From Podarcis tiliguerta (lineage: Eukaryota): DNA of 64,000 bases. Position numbers and translations under genes: made by a program. Shown here piece by piece: positions 56,001 through 64,000 of the stretch. Every line of letters begins with the position of its first letter. Position 1 is the stretch's first letter. Below the pieces are notes generated by a model. That model had not been told where the DNA came from. It was given only the letters and a program-made list of their open reading frames with translations, and searched no databases. The stretch lies in NCBI GenBank assembly GCA_965153285.1, contig OZ229121.1. One strand, 5' to 3'.

Positions 56001-59000
56001 TACAGGAATGCAAAAAGTGCCTCCCCTGTGGTAGTTCTGATTAAAATTTAAACCAACCATATGCATGCCTACAAACACCGTAAAATGCTTGATGCTCCCA
56101 TGCTTGACCTTCTGACTTTCCCTTTCTGCAGGACTAAGCCATTTTTGCAAAGCACTGAGCCCTTTCTTTAGGTGCTATTTCCTTCCATGTTCACCTTCTC
56201 AAAGCAGTTAGACAGCTCCCTAATGGAATCTCCCCCCCCCCCCCAGTATATGTAGGAATATATATAGGCACACTGCCAAAGGCATCGCTGCAACATACAA
56301 GCCCCATCCTTCCCACTGCCCATCATTCTGTTGGACTTTTTTGCTATATCTTCACCATTGGGCTCTTGAAACAAAGCATTCACTTTATCGAGAACATGCA
56401 GAAACATACTTTGCATCTCTTGTGTCTGGCACATCTCTGTGATATCCCAACCGGTTACTGATGAGCATATTGAAAGCATGCTTTTGATAGCCCAAGTCTC
56501 TCACTTCCTGGTCTTGTTCATTAAAAATCATACCTGCAACGGAGAATGTGCCAAAATCAATTCACTGTCTAATGTATGTATTGCCAATGATCAACTTCTT
56601 AAACTTACGTGTTCAGCTAATGATATATTCCAATTCAAATTACTGCTCCATTCTCATTTCCTGGCCCAGGGAAAGACTAATGAGGAGGTCTCACTGCTAA
56701 ACAGGATGGCCTATCTAAGCTCAAGGCATTTATAGCAATATTTGTGCAGTATTTACCATACTACTATGGTACTAATGAAGCTCTCTTTTCAAGTCTTAAG
56801 AGAGCCAGAAGAGGTAGCTGGAATACAGTGGTACCTTGGGTTACATACGCTTCAGGTTACAGACTCCGCTAACCCAGAAATAGTACCTCAGGTTAAGAAC
56901 TTTGCTTCAGGATGAGAACAGAAATCGTGCTCTGGCGGCATGGTAGCAGCAGGAGGCCCCATTAGCTAAAGTGGTGCTTCAGCTTAAGAACAGTTTCAGG
57001 TTAAGAACGGACCTCCGGAATGAATTAAGTACTTAACCCGAGGTACCACTGTATTGCTTTTTGGGGCAGGAGGGAGTGGGGGAGAAGGATAGCAAGAATG
57101 TAGGAGGCACAAGACTAAAATACACACACAATTATGCAAAGCTGGGCTCAATAATTTTAAGTAGTCCCCAGTGATATAGCTGCATGGGATTTCAGAGGAG
57201 ACATGGCTGTGCTTGCATGTTGATTCAATACACCTAGTCTACGCTAACCACTCGTTAACCTCACTTGCCCATATGACAGGCAGGAGCATAGTAGGCAAAG
57301 AACAGATTGCACAGTGCAAAGGGAAAAAATGGCATCAATGGGCATAGAATACTCCACACCACTTTTCTTTTCTCTTCTCTTCTTTTCCCTTTTCTTTTCT
57401 TTTTTTTCTAAACTTGCTCCTTCTAGATGTTCCAGTTGTGCAGAAAACGCATCTACGTGTACATCCTTAACAACACTTGTCCAACACATTTTCAGTCCAG
57501 AAGACTAGAGCTAGTTTGTTTTATTTTTCACTAAACATATTGAAACCGGTGGATCATGCAGCACAAAAAGAAAAATCAAATCAAACCGGTGGGGGGGCAT
57601 AGTACAAAGGTTTAGAAAGCAGCATGCAACGAGTTCAAATTCTTTATTATTTTTGTGACCTCTTACCTATTCTTGCACACCTGAGGACTAGAAACAAGCA
57701 CCTTTAGTTTGAAAACTCTGGAGAATGAACCTGGGCCCTGCCTATTCTAGAAAAAGACTCTTTTTAAAAGAGGGAATGCATCTTGGAAATGATTCTAAGC
57801 TTTCCTCCCTATTTTACAAAGCCTATTCTCTCCTTGCTGCAACTAAAATTGCATACAGCTTGTGGGTCATGTAACCTAATCTTCTTAACAGTCAAAGCCA
57901 ATAGGCATCTTCAGTTCATTCACTATGAAGCAAGCATTCAGGGAAAGCGTGATCAAAAAAGTAAATAAGAATGTTTAGCTTCTCCAATTTCATGAAGAAG
58001 AACCTACTGGACAAAAATATGTTTCTGAGAGCTATATGCAGTAAGAGCATTCTACATGCATTGGTTAATGTTGAATAGGTTCCACACCCTGAGGAAATAA
58101 GAAGGAAATTGAGGTTGGGACCCAGGTGCAGAGTACAACTGGCTCTGTGAAGAAAAGGTGCTATTCTACAAGGCACCAGACAGAGGCTACACAATTCTGT
58201 AGTAGTGACTGCTAAGCCCCTTCCTCATTCTCAGTTGGGTCTTATTTCAGGGACTACACTCATTTCCCCTTATCATAGGTGGAACTACAGTAAAGAGACC
58301 ATAAGCGGCTATATGAGATGCTGTAGGGCTTCACTGTTGCCAGTTCTGGGCTTCCAGATTGGCCCACCACCACCACCTTCAATTATGAGAGAAAGAGGGG
58401 GGCAGAGAATGTGGGGGCACTTAGTTCCTTGGCTGGGATGTTTCTTTGAGATTTCTTTGCAGATTCTGCAATCCCTCAAAGATTGTGGGTTCCTCAAGGT
58501 TCCTGTTCCCCTATAATACCAAGCCTCCTACAGAATCTTGCTCTTCCAAAGGTCTCCTCAGAGTCCAGACCAAGGTGGATTCTAACAAATACATTTCAGA
58601 CCAAGCTGTACCTCTAATACTGTACAATGTGATTCATAATGAACACTATGCTGAATGCCTGGCTTTCATTCATAAATAAAGCAAGTCTGATTACCTTATC
58701 AGATGATAATTTCTTTGCAGATGGCAAAACATCCCTAGCAGATTTTGGCACTAAACTAGACAAAGATCTATTTGTATTTTAATGGTTTATTAAAATAGCA
58801 GATCTAATTGAATTGCCTCTGCATTTTTCATTAGTAATATATATGTCTGGCAATTACTAATCTGGGTAAACCACTGTGCTTCAAGAGCAAGCACTTTTCT
58901 AATTTAGGGCTCCCATTCGTTTCCTGTCTGAAACTACATAGGAAGACAGAAGCACTTCACATCTGGTTTTCACAATATGAGTTTCAATGCAGTCAATTAC

Positions 59001-59306
59001 TATTCACTTACCCATTTCAGGAGACATCTCAGTATCCCCCTTGATGGGATCCTGTGCAGCATTTCCCAATGGATTCCTGTTCTTACTGTATCTGTGGTGA
59101 GCTTCAGCTATGTGTACTGGCCCATGGACAAAACGGGGATAGATCTTTTTAGGAAATGGCTTCTGAGGTTCAAGCCCCTTGATGGGCACATTCTTGAAAG
59201 ACTGGGTCTCTTCGCTGAAGTTGAAATAAATAAAGAGTAGAAGTGTCCAGGTCACAGATGTGAAGAGGCAGCCATAGCAGAAATAGCGAAGTGTGACACT
59301 TCCCAT
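40939..59306 (-). CDS. GALNT11: Polypeptide N-acetylgalactosaminyltransferase 11, complete CDS, 11 coding exons, 608 aa
   Basis: [18 protein letters not shown]-terminus and TM helix; GT-A domain with DSH (DxH) and WGGEN; ricin-B lectin domain with QxW; exon lengths 295+124+167+126+250+118+153+219+105+138+132=1827. Confidence 0.97.
41314..41555 (+). mobile_element. Tc1/mariner-type MITE (CAGTGGTACC family), copy 1
   Basis: TIRs CAGTGGTACCT..GGTT / AACCCGAGGTACCACTG, TA TSD. Confidence 0.9.
42338..42475 (-). CDS. GALNT11: GALNT11 lectin exon ([10 protein letters not shown]...[13 protein letters not shown])
   Basis: TTAG/GTGAGT, 138 nt. Confidence 0.95.
43538..43642 (-). CDS. GALNT11: GALNT11 lectin exon ([14 protein letters not shown]...CDYNDQNQ), GC donor
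   Basis: GCAG acceptor; ends CAG|GCAAGT; 105 nt. Confidence 0.92.
43827..43949. mobile_element. hAT-type MITE
   Basis: CATAGGCGTAGCCA ... TGGCTCCACCCATG; flanks CCTAACAA/CCTAATAG. Confidence 0.65.
44282..44646 (-). mobile_element. Full-length Sauria SINE (Squam1)
   Basis: AGGTAAAGGTAAAGG tail and GGATTCGAACC B box on +; ends GCGCCACCTGCGTCCC. Confidence 0.92.
44731..45520. mobile_element. 790-bp non-autonomous hAT element
   Basis: TIRs AAGGGTTGTCCAA / TTGGACCACCCTG; perfect 8-bp TSD TCCTAAAG (44723-44730, 45521-45528). Confidence 0.85.
45840..46058 (-). CDS. GALNT11: GALNT11 exon (EQYFALRP...[14 protein letters not shown]...LQRGR)
   Basis: ATAG/GTAAG, 219 nt. Confidence 0.95.
47192..47344 (-). 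CDS. GALNT11: GALNT11 exon ([22 protein letters not shown]...VWMDEYK), GC donor
   Basis: GCAG acceptor; ends AAG|GCAAGA; 153 nt. Confidence 0.92.
47487..47583. mobile_element. Truncated hAT MITE (same family as 22647 and 28033)
   Basis: CAGGGTTTCCCAAACTT...GGACTACAATTCCCATCA. Confidence 0.7.
47801..47918 (-). CDS. GALNT11: GALNT11 exon ([11 protein letters not shown]...[11 protein letters not shown])
   Basis: TTAG/GTATG, 118 nt. Confidence 0.96.
48540..48692 (+). mobile_element. L2-type fragment
   Basis: Encodes [11 protein letters not shown]...LHWLP...AQFKVLVLT. Confidence 0.7.
48844..49301. mobile_element. Young GC-rich Tc2-like MITE
   Basis: TIRs CCGTATTTTTCGCCCTATAGGATGCAC / GTGCATCCTATGGGACGAAAAATACGG, TA TSD. 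Confidence 0.9.
49774..50023 (-). CDS. GALNT11: GALNT11 exon with DxH motif ([13 protein letters not shown]...[11 protein letters not shown]...SPIK)
   Basis: TCAG/GTAAG, 250 nt. Confidence 0.96.
52811..53180 (+). mobile_element. L2 3' end interrupted by MITE copy 2
   Basis: Matches ~21210-21340 on both sides of the MITE. Confidence 0.85.
52885..53110 (-). mobile_element. CAGTGGTACC-family MITE, copy 2 (inverted relative to copies 1 and 3)
   Basis: TIRs and TA TSD; interior is the reverse complement of 56826-57051. Confidence 0.9.
53365..53490 (-). CDS. GALNT11: GALNT11 exon ([10 protein letters not shown]...[16 protein letters not shown])
   Basis: CTAG/GTAATG, 126 nt. Confidence 0.95.
53603..53769 (-). 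CDS. GALNT11: GALNT11 exon (CKEKSYP...[19 protein letters not shown]...EIILVDD)
   Basis: GCAG/GTGAA, 167 nt. Confidence 0.95.
54365..54525 (-). mobile_element. Degenerate Squam3-like SINE
   Basis: GAAGCTGCTTTATACAGAGTCAGACCACTGATCCATCT, similar to 22500-22646. Confidence 0.55.
56410..56533 (-). CDS. GALNT11: GALNT11 exon ([40 protein letters not shown])
   Basis: GCAG/GTATG, 124 nt. Confidence 0.95.
56826..57051 (+). mobile_element. CAGTGGTACC-family MITE, copy 3
   Basis: TIRs and TA TSD; near-identical to 41314-41555. Confidence 0.9.
59012..59306 (-). CDS. GALNT11: GALNT11 first coding exon (exon extends into 5'UTR to 59344)
   Basis: ACAATGG start; TTTTAG acceptor at 59346-59345; GTAAGT donor. 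Confidence 0.95.
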
Positions 59307-61550
59307 TGTAATCCTAGCATTGTTGTTAGCACATTCTCAATCCCCTAAAAAAATATAAAAGGGAAAAGGGTAAAATTTCCAATTACAAGCCTCTTCATGA
59401 AAGCTGGCCTTTCAGAAAATGGTCTATTTTAAATTAACCGTAAACTGTAATAATGTCTTGAGAATGATAATTTTTCATCCTATACAAAAGCATCAAATCA
59501 TACATCAACTTATCAGTATGCCAAGTTACCATAAAACCAAAGAACAGCAATAGATACAGAAATTTTAAGTGAAGCATTAACAGCATTTTTACATAACTGA
59601 TCATTGCAAATATTCTACAAAGAAAGCACCACATAATAAGATTACATTCTCAAATGCCTTGTGGGCATCTCAATAAAATGTCTCTATCTTGGATAAACTG
59701 CTGGCTTCCTGTTTGTAAATCAAGCATCACTCTCAGAAACAAATACTCCCTCCCCTCTCCTTTAAAAATCCTACTGCCCTTGACTTAACAAGCATTTTGT
59801 GTTGTATCTGCTGCTAACAGTGGTTAATGATAACTAAATTCCCTCTCAGGACTTGCAAAATCTGCTTCAGAACCTGATTAAAATAGGTATTCAGTCAGTG
59901 AGTCCTTCCTTTTTTAAAACTAAAAAGCTACTTGCAAATTCAACTGTTAGAAACAGACTGATCTTCACCTCCAATCCTGGCCCTCAGCATTTTGAGCAAA
60001 GAGTGTGAGACGCAAAGAAAGAATGGCACAAATACCATGTTAAGCAAGTAAAGTTCATTTATTACTGGAAATGTCAGGTTGAGACACATTAACAGCAAAT
60101 ATAATCTGAACTTTAAACATTTACAGCCTAACTGCTTAAAATATTTGCAGCACAACAACTAATTTTTAACAGGGACCATGTTTTGAACTGAGCAAAGGCT
60201 GAAAAGTCAGCAACTTTAGTTCTATTTCAACTCATCCTACAGGAGAAAAGACATGGGTTCTCAAGCTTTGTTCTCTTAAACACAGAGAAACTCTGGTTCT
60301 TCATTTGAGTGCTGCACCACTTCACTCTTGTTTACCCATGTCAGAAAGAACTACTGCAACACCTTGTCAATGCAACAAGGGATTGCCGCAGGTGAGGTGG
60401 GAAGACCCTGGATCATACCAAGCTCTGGGTCACCAGTCTCTGTTACTAACTTATTGTGTAGTTGCAACTACAGAAAGTATTTTTCTAGACCCAGGACACA
60501 ATTGGTAATCAGCTTCCTCTTTCCCCTCCCCTTCAATTACACAAGGAATTACATACACCTGGCTCTGTTTTTCTCCCTCTGCAATCCACAACACTTGCTC
60601 CTCAAACTCAAGATTTGGCAGTGGATTAAGAGTTTCTGCAACTAGCCATATAGTAATTAATTACCAAGGCCAAGAAATCCATGACTGAAAATACTTAAGC
60701 ACAAACATGATGGCCTCTCTATGTTGGCCACTCAGTAGAATTCTCAAACAAGGAACAGTATATTTCCTATGAGAATGTCATAAACAGTTCAGAAACATGT
60801 TCAGTTCCTGCCCCTTCCTACTTAATTTTGAAATTTATTCTTAATTTTGCTTATAGGCCATGCTGCAAAGAGCAGTGGCAATGATGCTTCAGCCTCCCAC
60901 AAATTTTAATTTGCCCACAAACCTGCACTGGCATATATACATGTACATGCTGCAATATTACAACTAATATATGCTATTACCTCTGAATTTAGGTCCTCTG
61001 AACAGAAGAGAGCTAAGGCTGCAATCCTATACCCCATCAATTTAGGACTAAGCCCCTTTAAACTAAATTCAATGAACAGACATGCACAGGAGTACACACT
61101 AAATTTCCAGTATTAGCTGCTGGTCATTAACAGTGAGACACTTTGTCCTCACCAGTACTGTAGTACAAGAAGGGACTGCAAGGTCAATTTCCTAGATACA
61201 AGTAATCCAGTGTATCTATAAAAATTAAGTCATCTTCAGAGTTTCTTCAAACTGCATCCATAGCACTTGGTTAAATGAGCTGTAAAGGAATGCTGCAGAT
61301 ACACACATCTCAGCTGGGCAGTTTTAAGATTCGCTTTCTGAATAATAAAGTGAAAAAAACAAGTACTGACCTTTCTCTATTAAAGTGCACGCTAGCAGAG
61401 GACAACGTTATGTAGTAAAAGCATGTGCCCTGTAGTTACAGCATAATCTAGTTGGTGTTTTCATACCAATAATTATAATAAAAAGCACAGCAGCTCTTTA
61501 CTTAAAACCAGTCCATTCCCAAAAGGATTCATATCCCCACTCAATCCACT

Positions 61551-61690
61551 GGGTGACCTTGGGACAGTCACTATCTTAGGACTGACCTACCTGACAAGGG
61601 TGTTGGCAAGGATAAAATGGAGAGAGAAAGAAGCGTGTAAACCACCTTGAGTTCTTTGGAGTAATGGTGGAATATAAATATAATAAAAAT
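61551..61690 (+). mobile_element. SINE 3' fragment (Squam2/MIR-like)
   Basis: GGGTGACCTTGGGACAGTCAC...ACCTACCTGACAAGGGTGTTG...ATAAAATGG and A-rich tail. Confidence 0.5.
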
Positions 61691-62374
61691 GGTTTAAGGG
61701 GGGGGCAATTTGTGTGCCACTCTGGAAAAATACAGCTACTCTTAAATTTTGATTGTATATATAATTCTACAAATTTCTCTGGTATGATCATGATACAGCG
61801 ATGACATTCGCAATGACATATCACAATCGACACAGGAGACAGTTATAAGCAAGCTAGTCAAAACATGAAGTCCAAGAAGTAATGCTGATATCTTCAAAAC
61901 AGATGCATTTCTTTCAACCTGCCTATTTTATTTCAGCTTCAATGTTCTCTTTCCAAAGTATCCTTCTTGTTTGCCATATTACTCTAATTCTACTTGATGC
62001 TCTTTCTCCTGGGAGACGCAGAGGTCCGAAATATCTCTTTCCTCCTTTATGTTGCTCAAGAAAAACAGATACAAGAAAATAGTGTTTGCAGCATCCAAAC
62101 CAAATTGCTCAGACCATCTCAGTTAAACAGTACTATTTAAAGAACAAAATAGCATCAGGCATCTCTACACAAGACACCACTTGTTTGGCAGAAGACACAA
62201 TAACAGAAGACACCTCTTACGTGACAGTCTCTAAACTGAAAAGCCCCAAATGCTGTATCCTTTCCTCATACAGGACTTGCTGCCCCATCATTGTGGCTGC
62301 CCTTTACCAAACCTGTTCTCTTCAATACCCTTTTTAAAGTGAGAAGATCAGAACTATACTCCAATTGTAGTCAT

Positions 62375-62662
62375 TCCCACAGGATGTAGTGATGGTCCCC
62401 AGCCTGGATGGTCTTAAAAAGGATTAGAAAAATTCATGGAGGATAAGCCTATCAGTGCTCTGCCATCATGACTGTGTTCTGCCATCATGGTGGTATGCTT
62501 CTGATTGCCAGATGCTGGAAACTGTGGGACAGAGGAGTGCTCTTATGCTCAAATCCTGCTTGAAGGTTTCCAACAGGCATCTGGATGGCCACTGACAGAA
62601 CAGGATGCTGGACTAGATGAGTCTTTTGTCTGATCCAGCATGCTCTTCTTCTGTTCTTATGA
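62375..62662 (+). mobile_element. CR1-type 3' end
   Basis: GGATTAGAAAAATTCATGGAGGA...GCTGGACTAGATG...TTCTGTTCTTATG. Confidence 0.7.
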
Positions 62663-62702
62663 AGATTAAGCAAGTCTACCATCACATTCTTAAAGGGGTC
62701 TA

Positions 62703-62945
62703 ATAATTATTATATTTATTTATTTATTTATTTATACATACATACATACATACATACATACATACCCCATCCATCTGGCTGAGTTTCCCCAGCCACTCTT
62801 GGCGGCTCCCAATCGAATATTAAAAACACAATACCGCATTAAACATTAAAGGTTTCCCTAAACAGGGCTGTCTTCAGATGTCTTTTAAAAGTAGGATAGT
62901 TGCTTATTTCCTTGACATCTGGTGGGAGGGCATTCCACAGGGCAG
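62703..62945 (-). mobile_element. L2 3' end with (TAAA)/(TATG) simple-repeat tail
   Basis: Reverse complement of ~21165-21340. Confidence 0.85.
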
Positions 62946-64000
62946 TAACCGCTACCAAGTGAAGACTGATATGCTTAGGAATCAAAGTCCCATGTCCAGC
63001 ACTGATTTCCCCACTTGTATGGTACAAATAGATTTATACCATGTTGCATATAGTCTTTGCTCCATGCCACAAGCCATGCTTTATTTGCCTTATACAACTC
63101 AAATAAAAAATATTACCAATATGAAATACAAATTTCACAACCCATAATTAATTCCCTGAGTGCAAAAATTGAGTTTGGCATCAGAATGTTGCCATGTTTT
63201 CTTTCTTTTTTAGCTGAAATATACTGCCAATTCTGACTGTGGTGAAATGACTATATTCCATTCTAACCATCATTGCTTCCACAGTTTTAACTAGTTCTAG
63301 CTTTTCTGAAACTTTCACATTTTTTGCAGACATGAGGATAACTTGAGGGAAACATTCTGTCAACATTTCCCCCCAAATATGAGACAAACGGAAAGGCGGT
63401 TCATTATTAAACCTGACTAATAAAAATCTGAACAGTTCTATATTCCAAAGAGCCATAATATGCTATAGTCTGGTTTAAAAGTAACTGCAAGCTCCCAAAT
63501 AGTTGAAAGCTGTAGGTACCTAGATTGGGGCAAATAGCCTCGGTTTACATTAGCACTTTGATTAGCCTTAAAAGAATAACAGCTTAAGGTTTGTAGAAAA
63601 CAAAGGTGCTCATGGCTTAAATGGTGATAACAGGGATGTCTGTTATTCTACCCAAAATATCAAACTTAAATCTAAACACTTTTATGCAACCCATGCATGC
63701 TTTTAGGAAATGTAACATTCTCAAGAGAGTTAGGAAGAAACAGAAAATTAAAGCTGTCTATAGTCATGTGAAACAGATATTCAGGCAACCTTATAATATA
63801 TTAAGATAGCTGACTATAGCTACTGCTAAAATTTTCTAAGTATCTATAGTATTTTTTCCACAACAATAGCCAAGAATACTTGGCTACCATCACAGATCAG
63901 ACTGAATAAGCTACTAAAAGTTTTATGACCAAGCTGCTGGATTGAAATATAATAGATTGGTTAAATGTCGCCTAACAGGATCACATGTCTCAATGAGAGG

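Noticed and set aside
59345-64000. GALNT11 promoter or first non-coding exon
   Set aside because: No CpG island or convincing exon seen; probably beyond the window.

Overview
Vertebrate (non-bacterial) genomic DNA. The repeat content (Sauria/Squam SINEs, CR1, L2 with (TTA)n tail, CAGTGGTACC and CCGTATTTTTC MITEs) points to a squamate, probably a lacertid lizard. Two genes lie tail-to-tail. (1) The 3' half of KMT2C/MLL3 is on +: 32 coding exons traced by hand from 383 to the TAG at 37357, all GT-AG with compatible phases (HMG box, low-complexity middle, ePHD, FYRN/FYRC, WIN, SET, post-SET), followed by a ~1.85 kb 3'UTR containing a 140-N gap. (2) The complete GALNT11 CDS is on -: 11 coding exons, 59306->40939, 1827 nt, 608 aa. 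Most other ORF-track entries are noise or TE remnants. Most interesting signals: a candidate 13-nt + 11-nt microexon pair in the KMT2C HMG-box intron that keeps frame only when both are included; a homogenised 8 x 42-bp coding minisatellite in KMT2C; two GC-AG introns in GALNT11; inverted MITEs closely bracketing a 417-nt stop-free in-frame GALNT11 exon block; and a Penelope-type hammerhead ribozyme remnant. Orthologue comparisons and TE family names are from memory, not from searches.
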